Positions 49,200 through 58,957 of a stretch of 60,733 bases of DNA are shown here, one piece after another; position 1 is the stretch's first letter; the number at the start of each line of letters is the position of its first letter. The position numbers and the translations under genes are program-made. The stretch is taken from the IMG/VR virus record IMGVR_UViG_3300021958_000021, positions 124,001 to 184,733 of that record, one strand, 5' to 3'. The notes under the pieces are model-generated. The model was not told the origin of the DNA. It saw nothing but the letters and a program-made list of their open reading frames with translations, and made no database searches. The DNA is from an uncultured virus (IMG/VR IMGVR_UViG_3300021958_000021) (taxonomy: Duplodnaviria; Heunggongvirae; Uroviricota; Caudoviricetes).

Positions 49200-50545
49200 C
49201 AAATGTCCTCCACTATTGTTCCAATTTGTTCCATAGAATCCATAACAGACATTTTACAATTATTTTTGTATTTTTGAATATTGTCAAGATAGATTCCTTC
49301 TTTAGCAAAATCAAAACCAACATGGTCTTTATGATTTTCCCACTTCATCAATTTAAAAATTTCTTCACATCTATCCTTATACCAAGATTGTTTTTTGAAT
49401 CCTTTTTTCATCCTAACTAATTCAAGAAGCAATTCTGCATTTCCTTTTTTCATTCTAAGATGAGGTAAGCACTTGGTTAATAAATTATACACATCGTCTT
49501 GAGAATAAAAATTTAGACGATTAACGGGTCGGGTATCTTGAGGAGACTTTTGATTTAAATGTAATTTTCCAAATCCAATGTCTTTATGAATTTCTTCCAT
49601 AAATACTCTTCCTCTATCACCTGTGGCGACTAATCCGACTCTTGGGTTGTGGCTTCTATCCATTGTAATATAACCATCTGAATCAATAAATGCTGCCGTA
49701 TATGCCCAAATATTTTTCTTAAGCATATCTGGTAGTTTGTAGTGGGAACCTTCTACTTCTCCTACTTCCATTTTTTTAATCATGCCTTTAATAATTCTAG
49801 GGGAAGCACTTTTATGTAGGCTATTTGGTAGCCTGTCATAGATTTGATTAATTCCAATTCCGGGATTTTCACAAATTGTGTCCAATACAAAATCATAAGT
49901 CCTATTTTTCTTAGATTTAACAAGCGATTGGTCGGAAACAGATTTAATGATTTCTCTAAACTCTTTTCTTGCTAGACGGATTTCTTTTTCCAATTTAGCA
50001 TATTCTTTTGAAAGAGCCATCCCATCTTGATTTAATGAGGCTTCCCACATTTTACAAAGAGAATCTACGATTTGTCTCCTAGTGCTTAAATCGTCAATTT
50101 TATTTAATTTGTTTAAGTCCTTTTCATTAAATTTCATTTTAAGTAAAGGAACCTTATATGGGGAAATCCAATAAATTGAATCCACGCACTTAGAAATATG
50201 TTCAGAGTAGGCTTCAATAATGGTATCAATAGATTTAGCCATTTTAACTCTATGTTCTCCTTTTAATTGTCGTCGTGCTTTTCTCATTTTTTTGATGAGG
50301 TCGGGAATAGTTTGTCCATCAACCGTATATTCGGATGGAAAGGTCTGAAGTTGCTTTCTTGCTTCAGTAGCATTAATATTAAGTCTCTTGGAAAGATTTG
50401 TAATGGCTTCATAATCGGACATAACATGGGTAAAAGCCTTATTTGCAAGCGTGTCTTTCAGTTCTTTTTCCTTTCCTGCTAATTCTTTAATTTTATCGGC
50501 TACTTCTTCTTTTTCTTCGGGGCTTTTATCCTTTATATTCATCAT
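49199..50545 (-). CDS. Protein with helical/HTH N-terminus and C-terminal LAGLIDADG endonuclease-like domain
   Basis: AYTAAFIDSDGYI motif, later LPHLRMKK. Confidence 0.8.
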   Translation of the reverse strand: MMNIKDKSPEEKEEVADKIKELAGKEKELKDTLANKAFTHVMSDYEAITNLSKRLNINATEARKQLQTFPSEYTVDGQTIPDLIKKMRKARRQLKGEHRVKMAKSIDTIIEAYSEHISKCVDSIYWISPYKVPLLKMKFNEKDLNKLNKIDDLSTRRQIVDSLCKMWEASLNQDGMALSKEYAKLEKEIRLARKEFREIIKSVSDQSLVKSKKNRTYDFVLDTICENPGIGINQIYDRLPNSLHKSASPRIIKGMIKKMEVGEVEGSHYKLPDMLKKNIWAYTAAFIDSDGYITMDRSHNPRVGLVATGDRGRVFMEEIHKDIGFGKLHLNQKSPQDTRPVNRLNFYSQDDVYNLLTKCLPHLRMKKGNAELLLELVRMKKGFKKQSWYKDRCEEIFKLMKWENHKDHVGFDFAKEGIYLDNIQKYKNNCKMSVMDSMEQIGTIVEDI

Positions 50546-50557
50546 GTTATATCCCCC

Positions 50558-51988
50558 TCAAAAATTTAGACCTATGAAGCCATTAGAACGCCCGTATTTG
50601 GGCGTTGAGACAGGCTCAAATAAACCCATATCGTCAAGCAATATGAAGGTTTCACTTAGCGTATGGGTGGCCGCATTCGCTAAGGCGAGGCTCATAACCA
50701 TGTCGTCATGTGCGCCGATTCCCTCAAACTTTCCTCTTTCGGTGATTGCGAACATAGACAACTCTTCAATCAAAGAAGCAGAAACCCTTCTGCTCTCTTC
50801 GTTGCCGTAGGGCAAGTTAATTTTCTCATTCTCAAAATTCATTTGAAGGCTAAGAATAATCTCTTCTTTCTTCTTTCGGGTGGTATTAAAATCATGAACA
50901 TTCAAATCAGAAACATTTCTCAATTCTTGAGTAAATGATTTTGCAAATGTATTTGTTTCAAAGAGGACGGCTTCAGGATGGAAAATTTTTCCAATCAATT
51001 TAACTTTTTGAATATTTTCTCTAAATTCCACATTTTTTGCTCTATCAATATATACGATGGATTTGTTATCGTTTTCATCAACTTCTAAAACAGTAATAAC
51101 ATTGTAGTCACCATCTGTTGAAATTGCAGGGTCTACACCAACATAATATTTATACCCCTCTCTTCTCTGAGGCCTAAGAATATAGTTTTTATTTTTTGCT
51201 TTTTCTAAATATTCTGGATTAAAGAGAGAAGTCCCTGTTGAAATCGGCACACACATATATTCTCTTGTGAACATCAAAGAGCCGACTTCAGCCTTACGAG
51301 CCATTAATGCATCGTAATCCCAACGGTCAGGCCAAAGAGGTTCATTTAGAGAATTAAGGCAAGGATAGGTTCTAACAGTATATGCCTCGTTTTCGGATAA
51401 CTGTTGGTAAATATCAGTATATGAAAAGGGAGTCCCAATAACTCTTAATGAAGCAGTATGGTGAAGAGTCGGAATCATGTCACCATAAAACCAATCCGTG
51501 ACTTTTTGAATACCAGCAATACTAAACTCTTTCAAAGGGTCGTCAATAATAATTTCTTGAGGATGCAAACCACGAATCTGTGAACCAACAGAACGCTCAA
51601 GGATTTGATTTCCATTAGTTAATGTGATGTTTCCAATAGCCCAACCTCTTGCCGGTTTGAATTTTTTAAGCATTGGATGGGTGAACATTTTATCAATATC
51701 TCTCATGTGAACAAGAGTCTGCTTTTGGTTAGATGAAATGTAAAGCATTTGATATGGGGGTTCGGAGAAAATTAATTTCCATACAACCCACGAATGCATA
51801 AATACAGATTTTCCGTGGTCTCTTGAACAAATAATAACGGTTCTTTGTGTATCGTTCATTAATTCGTGCCATTCTTGAATATAGGAAGGAAAGTCAAAAC
51901 CTAAAACATTTTGAAAAAAATATGGGAAGGAGTTTTTAGATAACTCCATATCCATTTGATGTTCAAAATTAAAGGTATCTAATTCCAT
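50558..51988 (-). CDS. terL: Terminase large subunit
   Basis: Walker A SRDHGKS, Walker B IIIDD, GTP motif, RNase H VGVDPA and HDDMVMSLA; likely ATG at 51988. Confidence 0.95.
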   Translation of the reverse strand: MELDTFNFEHQMDMELSKNSFPYFFQNVLGFDFPSYIQEWHELMNDTQRTVIICSRDHGKSVFMHSWVVWKLIFSEPPYQMLYISSNQKQTLVHMRDIDKMFTHPMLKKFKPARGWAIGNITLTNGNQILERSVGSQIRGLHPQEIIIDDPLKEFSIAGIQKVTDWFYGDMIPTLHHTASLRVIGTPFSYTDIYQQLSENEAYTVRTYPCLNSLNEPLWPDRWDYDALMARKAEVGSLMFTREYMCVPISTGTSLFNPEYLEKAKNKNYILRPQRREGYKYYVGVDPAISTDGDYNVITVLEVDENDNKSIVYIDRAKNVEFRENIQKVKLIGKIFHPEAVLFETNTFAKSFTQELRNVSDLNVHDFNTTRKKKEEIILSLQMNFENEKINLPYGNEESRRVSASLIEELSMFAITERGKFEGIGAHDDMVMSLALANAATHTLSETFILLDDMGLFEPVSTPKYGRSNGFIGLNF

Positions 51989-52497
51989 TTTAGAACCCCC
52001 ATCCATTCAGGATTAAAATACTGCATCCATTTTTGCACTTGGTCTGGATAATTTGTCCCTTCCAATTCATCTCGTAATTCTTGGGGCAGTTTATCCATTT
52101 CCATATCTTTGAATCCTTTTCTTCTAAATGAGCCTGAGATTTGAGGATTAGCGATATTAACAAGAAGAGTCTTATTTCCCTTTTCCGAAATAATTTTATC
52201 AAGGAGAATTGAACCTAATCCTCTTCCTCTAAACTCTTCTCTTACATGGACTCCTGCATCTAAAAGAAATCTTTTGTATTTGGCGAAACCAATAACTGCA
52301 ACAGGCTTATTGTTGTAATGTGCTACAAACATAGTAGCGGGTGCTTTAGCCCACAAAGAATCAGGAGAGAGGTTTTTTCCATACCTCATTTTTCTTTTTT
52401 GATAATCAAAGTAACCGTCCTTTTCAAAAGTTTCCACCGCCTGTTCTTCCGACATTTCTCGGAAAGTAATTTCATTAGCAGAAATCTTCTCCGGCAC
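51979..52497 (-). CDS. GNAT family acetyltransferase
   Basis: VHVREEFRGRGLGSILL acetyl-CoA motif, FRRKGF; ends EWMGVLKWN. Confidence 0.85.
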   Translation of the reverse strand: MPEKISANEITFREMSEEQAVETFEKDGYFDYQKRKMRYGKNLSPDSLWAKAPATMFVAHYNNKPVAVIGFAKYKRFLLDAGVHVREEFRGRGLGSILLDKIISEKGNKTLLVNIANPQISGSFRRKGFKDMEMDKLPQELRDELEGTNYPDQVQKWMQYFNPEWMGVLKWN

Positions 52498-52501
52498 TTA
52501 A

Positions 52502-52855
52502 TCACGACCCTTTACGCCAGTTCTTATTCTTTTTCTCTTTGGTCTTTCTTGGACTCCATTTGACCTTATTAGCCCAATAAGCCGCCGACATTTTACCACG
52601 CTTGATGTTCTTTTCGTGGCGATTATAGAATGCCTGTCTTTGTCCGGCAGTTTGATTTGTCTTAACTCCCTTTTGTCCAAAAGGCATATATTTGTATTCT
52701 CCACCTTCGGAAGCCATAACATGATGAGATGCGGTTTTATGGTTTTTTAATCTCTTCGGTTTATTTAATCCTTTAAGTCCCTTTTTCTTAGCCCTTTCTA
52801 CTGCCCTTGACCTTGCGCTCTTAGGCTTCTTTTTGAGAATATCTTCCCATGTCAT
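52502..52855 (-). CDS. Small basic protein with MTWEDILK tag (common marine-phage family)
   Basis: FGQKG...RQAFYNRH...SAAYWA motif. Confidence 0.7.
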   Translation of the reverse strand: MTWEDILKKKPKSARSRAVERAKKKGLKGLNKPKRLKNHKTASHHVMASEGGEYKYMPFGQKGVKTNQTAGQRQAFYNRHEKNIKRGKMSAAYWANKVKWSPRKTKEKKNKNWRKGS

Positions 52856-52859
52856 AATA

Positions 52860-53237
52860 TTACCTCATAATCAAATCGCCATGCTTATGCTTATAAATTA
52901 TCTTTTTACGCATCATGGCATCTAACATTCTATTGAGTTCCTTTGGCGGCGCAATTGATTTTAAATTCTTCATACCCAATGCACCTCCTTCTTTCTTGAA
53001 CATAGCGATAATTTCTTTTTCAATTTGAGAGTCGCTTTTAACAGCCTTTTTCTCTTCGTCTGACTCGTTTAAGATTTTAAAATCTTCTCCTGTAATCTTA
53101 CCATCATTATTAGCATCAATTCTCTTTTGATTTCCAACGAGTTTCTTTTCAAAATCCTGCTTTTGACAAGAAGAACAACCAGCGCAACCGCTTTTCTCTC
53201 CACTACAATTTGCCTTTAAAACCTCTTTCCAACTCAT
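52860..53237 (-). CDS. MSWKEVLK-tagged protein with Cys cluster, EF-hand-like loop and wHTH-like end
   Basis: CAGCSSC; DANNDGKITGED. Confidence 0.7.
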   Translation of the reverse strand: MSWKEVLKANCSGEKSGCAGCSSCQKQDFEKKLVGNQKRIDANNDGKITGEDFKILNESDEEKKAVKSDSQIEKEIIAMFKKEGGALGMKNLKSIAPPKELNRMLDAMMRKKIIYKHKHGDLIMR

Positions 53238-53497
53238 CTTCCCTCAATCCTTCTATATACTTTTTTAGCGGTCTTTCCTCTAGGAACATTTTGTTTTCCT
53301 TTTCTAGTCCCTTCTCTTTTCTTTTTGCTCTCGTATCTTCTTTGTTCTGGCGTAAGAGAATCTTTTACGGCTTGAGGTGCATATCTCCCGCCTTCGGTAG
53401 TAAGGTTTGTCCATTTTTCATTATCCCATTCTACCATATCTTTTTGCTTATCGGTTAAACCTTTAATGGTGTTCCACCAATCATTTTTTATTGACAA
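53234..53497 (-). CDS. Small basic protein resembling the C-half of DUF5872-like phage proteins
   Basis: Likely TTG start after GGTGGTG; KNDWWNTIK, then QKDMVEWDNEKW...GRYAP...KGKQNV. Confidence 0.6.
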   Translation of the reverse strand: MSIKNDWWNTIKGLTDKQKDMVEWDNEKWTNLTTEGGRYAPQAVKDSLTPEQRRYESKKKREGTRKGKQNVPRGKTAKKVYRRIEGR

Positions 53498-53720
53498 AGC
53501 CACCACCTGCCTTTTGATATAGCCTATTAAGTTCTTGTGATTTACGAGCAGACCATTGATATTTGCCTGTTCCATGAGTATTTTTTGCCCACAATCTTCT
53601 ATGAATTTTTGCTCTTAATTTAGGTTTTGTATATACTCCTTTAGGAACTTTATAGGTATATTCTCTTTTTTTCCTTTGGCTTCTTGAAGGTTTCTTTTTT
53701 AGAATATCTTCCCATGACAT
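53481..53720 (-). CDS. Small basic MSWEDILK-tagged protein resembling the N-half of DUF5872-like proteins
   Basis: YTKPKLR...QWSARKSQ...YQKAGGGF; ATG at 53720. Confidence 0.7.
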   Translation of the reverse strand: MSWEDILKKKPSRSQRKKREYTYKVPKGVYTKPKLRAKIHRRLWAKNTHGTGKYQWSARKSQELNRLYQKAGGGFVNKK

Positions 53721-53722
53721 AA

Positions 53723-54487
53723 TTATTGCTCCCAATCAATAACATCTGGATGGTCGGTTGGGTTTAACTGAATTGACCTAAGACCATCATCATAATTACT
53801 GTGCTTGCCTGCTTTATATTCATTTGGTTTTATGAATAGAACAAAATCCCTTCCTTCAACTTCAAGTTTATTTCCGCAAACCCGACATTTTTTAGGGACA
53901 ACTGGAGAAGGTATTGAATTGTTGCCGCATTCCATACAAGATATAACTCCGTATTTCTCTCTTTCCTTTTCTGCAAACTCTCTAATTTTCATGTTATTTT
54001 TATATTCAGTAGTTTTTTCATATTGTTCTCTTCTCTGTCTATTCTTTTCAGCCTTATCCTTAGCCGCTTTTTCCTTTCTTTCTCTCTCTTCCCTTTTCTT
54101 TTCTCGGTCTATTTGGATTTGAGGCTTAGTATATGTAGAATAGGCGTAGTTTCTTTTAGGCTCTTCTTTTCCTTTTTTCTTCTTTAGTAGTGTGAACCAT
54201 TCACTTTTAGCAAATCCTTCTCTAATTTCTCCCCGCTTATCTGAAACCATAAATGGTCTTCCGCTTGGTTTAGATAATCGGGTTTTTCCCATTTGTTTAA
54301 ATCTATCTTCTGCTTTAGGCATTTGGCTTGTGGCGACTTTCTTTTCACCTCTTGCCTTTCTTTTCCTATTCATTTCTTTGGCATCGGCTTGGGCTTTTTC
54401 TCTTGAAGCAAATCCGCCTCTTCTCTTTCCATCAAGGTAATAGTAATATCCATCGCTACCGCCATAAATCTTAACCATTTTCTTCAT
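53723..54487 (-). CDS. Basic protein with internal EWFTLLK motif and zinc ribbon
   Basis: ATG 54487 after GGTGA; CMEC...CRVC. Confidence 0.65.
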   Translation of the reverse strand: MKKMVKIYGGSDGYYYYLDGKRRGGFASREKAQADAKEMNRKRKARGEKKVATSQMPKAEDRFKQMGKTRLSKPSGRPFMVSDKRGEIREGFAKSEWFTLLKKKKGKEEPKRNYAYSTYTKPQIQIDREKKREERERKEKAAKDKAEKNRQRREQYEKTTEYKNNMKIREFAEKEREKYGVISCMECGNNSIPSPVVPKKCRVCGNKLEVEGRDFVLFIKPNEYKAGKHSNYDDGLRSIQLNPTDHPDVIDWEQ

Positions 54488-54491
54488 AGTA

Positions 54492-57041
54492 TCACCTAAA
54501 GTTTGCTTTAATATAATATACTTCTTCCTTAGAAATACCAAATGCTTTTGAAATGCTATCAAAAGAATCCACTACTTCTACAATGCTATTTAATTCACTA
54601 GCACTAATATCAGTATTGAATTTATTATACATTTTACTAATCATATTTTGAATTGAATCATAATCGTCTAGATTGTGCTTTCCATAATACACAGGCTCTC
54701 TCTTTAAAATCCGAATATTGTCGTGAGCCTCTAGTAGTTTTTTCTGTATGGGGCTTCTCTTTAAATTCTTAATTTGGCTAGCAATTGTATTGATTGCCGT
54801 AAGAGCCGTGGATTTTTTCTCTCTTTCTCCCGATTCGTCTTGTTTATAGCCGCCAAAATAAAGTTCCGCAGAACGCTTGTTAAAGAATCTAATAAAGGTT
54901 TTTAATACTGACATATCAGCAAAATCTTCGTCATTTAATTTAGCATAGGCTTCATCAACATCTATGCCTTCTAATGTCATTTTTTCTTCATCGCCTGTTG
55001 TAGCCTTTAATGCGCCTAACATAGAAGCGGCTTCGCTAACAATTTTGTTATAATATGTATCGGTTTCCTCAACATCATAAATATCTGACATTACTTCAAT
55101 AAACTCAACAAACTGTTTTTTAGCATCATTTAGATTTGTAAAGCCCGTGTTAATTTTTTTCATAATTTTTGCTAGACTAACTAAGTCTTTAACTGCAACA
55201 GATTTAGTTCCTCGCCTAACCATTTTAGAATATAATCTATTTACTCCTTCAAACTTTACACTTTTTCCGTAGGTCATTAAAATATTAATAGCCCCAATAT
55301 CTGCAAAATCAAGGTCTATTCCGAAAGTGTATTCCGACTCACTAGGCCCATAAAAATAGGTTTCAATGTCTTCAATAATATCCTTAATGAAATCAACATC
55401 TTCTTTTTCTTTAAATTGCAAAGCGGGTTTATTTTCGGGCGTGACTTGCCTTTTGTATTGTGTAACTGCTCTTTGAGCCGCTTGCTCAGGTATAGGTATG
55501 GCTAGCCTTGCAGTATCGGAAAATCCTGTTTGGTCTGTTCCGAAAAGCCGCAAATCAATATTTTGAGGCAATACAGTATTATTTTTTTCTAATGCTCTTT
55601 GTAATAAAGCAAAAAAGGTTTGAAGTTTTGTCCCCAAATCCTTTGCATTTGAAGCAAACTCAGAATAATGTTCCAATAATTCTGGACTATCGGCCATAAA
55701 AATTGGAAGGAATCCAGAGCCTTCTTCCTCATATTCATCTAAATTTATCATAAAGTCTGTAAAGTTTCTAATGTCTTCTTCGGTAAATGGGATTCCTTGT
55801 TTGGCGAATAACTGCATAACATCATTCATTTTCATATCGGCTAAACTTTTAAAGAAATCCACCTCAATGTCCGTCGTAAAGGTTCTAAGTGACCTTTTAG
55901 AAGCAATAATTGCTAAAGGCCCAAGAGTCATTTCTTCTGGGTCTAATTCAATTTCTTCAGAAATATTAGATAAATCCAGAGTTGCAGAACGCCGTTGTCC
56001 TTGTTCTCCTTCGGGTAGGCTGGATTGATTGTCTATTCTATTTTGAATTTCTTCATCCATTTGGTCGCCAGTTGCAGTTCTGGCATACTCAGAAGAATAG
56101 ACATCAAACTCTTCTTCTGCCTTTGATTCTGAATAATCTGCCATAGGCCCAGTAACTGCTTCAACAATATTATATACTTCCAAATAGTTATAAATAAAAT
56201 CATTTACTCTTTTATCCATATTAGCCATTTTAATATTTTTTGAAGGATAATCAACAACATACCTTAAAAAATCATATTTTTCCTTTTTAACAAAATCAAG
56301 ATATTTTTTAGCGTCAGGGTCTTTTTCATCTAACATGTCTTCAAGTTTCTCTAGTTTGTTAACGAAAGAAGAAATACCTTTACTAATATTTTCCCAATAA
56401 TCGTGCGCTCTAGAAATCATTTCTGGTTTAATAATTGAAGATGCATCAAAAAAGATTTCTCGGTCTTGAGTAGTGAATTTTATGGCTTTACTTTTTTTGC
56501 CTTTAGGAATGTTAGTTTTAAGTAAAGCATGAAGTTGATTCAAATGTGTGATTTTGATTTTACTTACTTTAAATCCGGGCGTATCTCTTTCAAAAATCTT
56601 AATAAAGGTTTTGATATGCTTAGCCGCAGTATTGACATTAAAGCCCTTGTTAATTCTTACCTTACTAATATTAAAGCCTCTACCTATGTCGGCCAGTTTT
56701 AAAGGCCGGTTTTCATAAGAAAAAATGTTGACATTTTTTAGCATTAGAACTGCGGCCATTTTATCTGCTTTAGCCCCACTAAAATATTCTTTTAATTCTT
56801 TAACAATTTCAAGCGTTACGGTAGTTAAGTCTCCTAATTCAGAAAGACCATCAATTTTTCTAATTGCTCTAAGTGTTGCCTTTTGATTTAAAAAATCTAA
56901 ATCTAAGTCTTTACTAAACTCCGAAGGTTTTAGATTTTGCAACTCTTGAGGAATAATATCTGCTAATCCGCCAGTAAATTTAAAACCCGTGTTTTTATCG
57001 TAATCAAACAACTTAGAGAGATTAAGGAATTGCTGGCTCAT
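54492..57041 (-). CDS. Large hypothetical protein with HTH-like C-terminus
   Basis: 849 aa; ends FDSISKAFGISKEEVYYIKANFR. Confidence 0.7.
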   Translation of the reverse strand: MSQQFLNLSKLFDYDKNTGFKFTGGLADIIPQELQNLKPSEFSKDLDLDFLNQKATLRAIRKIDGLSELGDLTTVTLEIVKELKEYFSGAKADKMAAVLMLKNVNIFSYENRPLKLADIGRGFNISKVRINKGFNVNTAAKHIKTFIKIFERDTPGFKVSKIKITHLNQLHALLKTNIPKGKKSKAIKFTTQDREIFFDASSIIKPEMISRAHDYWENISKGISSFVNKLEKLEDMLDEKDPDAKKYLDFVKKEKYDFLRYVVDYPSKNIKMANMDKRVNDFIYNYLEVYNIVEAVTGPMADYSESKAEEEFDVYSSEYARTATGDQMDEEIQNRIDNQSSLPEGEQGQRRSATLDLSNISEEIELDPEEMTLGPLAIIASKRSLRTFTTDIEVDFFKSLADMKMNDVMQLFAKQGIPFTEEDIRNFTDFMINLDEYEEEGSGFLPIFMADSPELLEHYSEFASNAKDLGTKLQTFFALLQRALEKNNTVLPQNIDLRLFGTDQTGFSDTARLAIPIPEQAAQRAVTQYKRQVTPENKPALQFKEKEDVDFIKDIIEDIETYFYGPSESEYTFGIDLDFADIGAINILMTYGKSVKFEGVNRLYSKMVRRGTKSVAVKDLVSLAKIMKKINTGFTNLNDAKKQFVEFIEVMSDIYDVEETDTYYNKIVSEAASMLGALKATTGDEEKMTLEGIDVDEAYAKLNDEDFADMSVLKTFIRFFNKRSAELYFGGYKQDESGEREKKSTALTAINTIASQIKNLKRSPIQKKLLEAHDNIRILKREPVYYGKHNLDDYDSIQNMISKMYNKFNTDISASELNSIVEVVDSFDSISKAFGISKEEVYYIKANFR

Positions 57042-58945
57042 TCTTCCACCTCAATAAAAGATACACTATTTCCCTTAATATCCAACGAAAAGAATTGACT
57101 GGGCAACGATTCCTTTAAATCTTCACTAACTGTTTTGTCTGCTTTAATCTTGTAGAGAGCCGGATATTTATAAGGATTGCTAATAATGTCCAAAAACTTC
57201 TTTTCAATTCCTTCTTTAAACAAATCTTGTAATAGCGTAATTTCTTCATCAAGAGCATTTAGGAAAGGCTCTATCGCTTCGCTATTGACCCCTTGCTCTT
57301 TATCCTGTTGGTTGGGGGTGTAGATTTTTTCAGCCAAATCGTCAGACCTGCCCGTAATATACTTTTCAAGGAGTCGCAAGAAGGATAAAAGATTATATTC
57401 ATTTTTATCCGAATCTAATTTGGGACTTACCTTATCTCCATACATTAACTCAACAATAGTTTCATTTTCTTCTTTAGCCAAATCAATAAGAGCACCTAAA
57501 ACGCCCTTAACATCTTCTTGAATCCCGACAGATTCATTAATTGTAAATATTTGCCAATTATATTTTTCTGGGTCAAATTCTGAATTTAGTTCCATAAGAG
57601 CGTCATCATCAGCGAATTGCTTTTCCATAATAATATATTCTTTTAATTGTTCAGTTAGTTTTACTTTATTGCCGTCAATTTGCAATTTTTTTCTTTTGTT
57701 TGGGTCAGTTGTGATTTCTAATACATCTGTAACTTCTAAAGGAATATATTGAATAAAAGCAGTTTCTTGAGTATCTTCTGCTTTATCTGATACCTTGACA
57801 CTTCTATCGCCTTCTGAAATTGTAACTTGATACAAACTTTCTCCTCTAGCACCGCTTAAAGTGGCTTTTTCGGCACTTGCATAGGCTTTTAGGCCAGTAT
57901 TAGCAGTAACTAAAACCCCATATACAAAATCATTGGGAATATATTGGTTTCCTGTGGGAATAACTATACCAAATTCTTTATCTGCTATAGAGTCTCCTTT
58001 GATTCTAAACAATAATTCCTTGGTAATTTCCTTATTATTGTCACCATAATTAGTTCTGAGTAATTTAAAATACCCTTCTACTACCGAATTATCCACTTCT
58101 GCGACTTTATATTGCCTTTTAATGGATGGTTCTTTGAACTTAAAATCTTTAATTTTCTTATATTTTGGGTTAAATTCAGTAGTATTTTTAGATATATAAG
58201 TTTCAATTTTAGCATTTTCATCGGATAATCTGAAAGATTTGTTCTTTTTTTGCAGTTTTTCTTGTATTTTATCAATTTTTTCTTGAAATTGTGAGGTAGG
58301 TTCTTTGTTTTCATCTAATTTAAACACTAATTTAAACACCGTTGCAAATTTAGTTGGCCCCTTTTCACTTTCAAAGCCAGAAATTGACTCTAATGGAGAA
58401 TCTATAACAGTTACCTTTAACTTAGCATAATTATAGTTGAGGGTTTCGTCAAATTTGTCATAATTTTCTGGTTTTTTGGCATATTTTTCAAAAAGTTTCT
58501 TCATTTTTGTCAATTGAGCGGCAGTCGCACCCCTTACTAATTTTTTAAGAGAGGCCTGTCTGTGGTTATTATATAAATAGGTCACAATTTCTTTATCATC
58601 CACTAAATATTCATCTAAAGTTTCAAAATTATGCCTTTTTCTGGACATGCGACTAGCAATTTCTCGCTTAACTCTTTGAAAATTTTCAAAAATTGTATCA
58701 ATTTGGTCTTTTACCATGTTTTGAGTAGATTTTTCCATTGAATTTAAAAAGGATTCGGGACTGACATCATCAAATTTTTTAACCAATTGATTAAATTTTT
58801 TCTTTCCTGTGCCTCTTTTTCCAGAGTCTTCTTCTTTATTAATTAACTCAATTAAAATATTCGTAGTCGCATCCGAACCAAGCATTGAAATTAAAGCAAT
58901 CTCCGAAGTAGGGAGAGTTTGCTTTAAAATTGCTCGCCAACTCAT
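57038..58945 (-). CDS. Large MSWRAILK-tagged hypothetical protein
   Basis: 635 aa; preceded by the 22-bp junction repeat. Confidence 0.75.
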   Translation of the reverse strand: MSWRAILKQTLPTSEIALISMLGSDATTNILIELINKEEDSGKRGTGKKKFNQLVKKFDDVSPESFLNSMEKSTQNMVKDQIDTIFENFQRVKREIASRMSRKRHNFETLDEYLVDDKEIVTYLYNNHRQASLKKLVRGATAAQLTKMKKLFEKYAKKPENYDKFDETLNYNYAKLKVTVIDSPLESISGFESEKGPTKFATVFKLVFKLDENKEPTSQFQEKIDKIQEKLQKKNKSFRLSDENAKIETYISKNTTEFNPKYKKIKDFKFKEPSIKRQYKVAEVDNSVVEGYFKLLRTNYGDNNKEITKELLFRIKGDSIADKEFGIVIPTGNQYIPNDFVYGVLVTANTGLKAYASAEKATLSGARGESLYQVTISEGDRSVKVSDKAEDTQETAFIQYIPLEVTDVLEITTDPNKRKKLQIDGNKVKLTEQLKEYIIMEKQFADDDALMELNSEFDPEKYNWQIFTINESVGIQEDVKGVLGALIDLAKEENETIVELMYGDKVSPKLDSDKNEYNLLSFLRLLEKYITGRSDDLAEKIYTPNQQDKEQGVNSEAIEPFLNALDEEITLLQDLFKEGIEKKFLDIISNPYKYPALYKIKADKTVSEDLKESLPSQFFSLDIKGNSVSFIEVEE

Positions 58946-58957
58946 TGTAATCTCTCC

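Noticed and set aside
53478..53500. Programmed frameshift joining the two DUF5872-like halves at AAT AAA AAA TGA
   Set aside because: The downstream ORF is in the +1 frame and the -1 frame hits TAA immediately. A TTG start with a GGTGGTG RBS explains it more simply.
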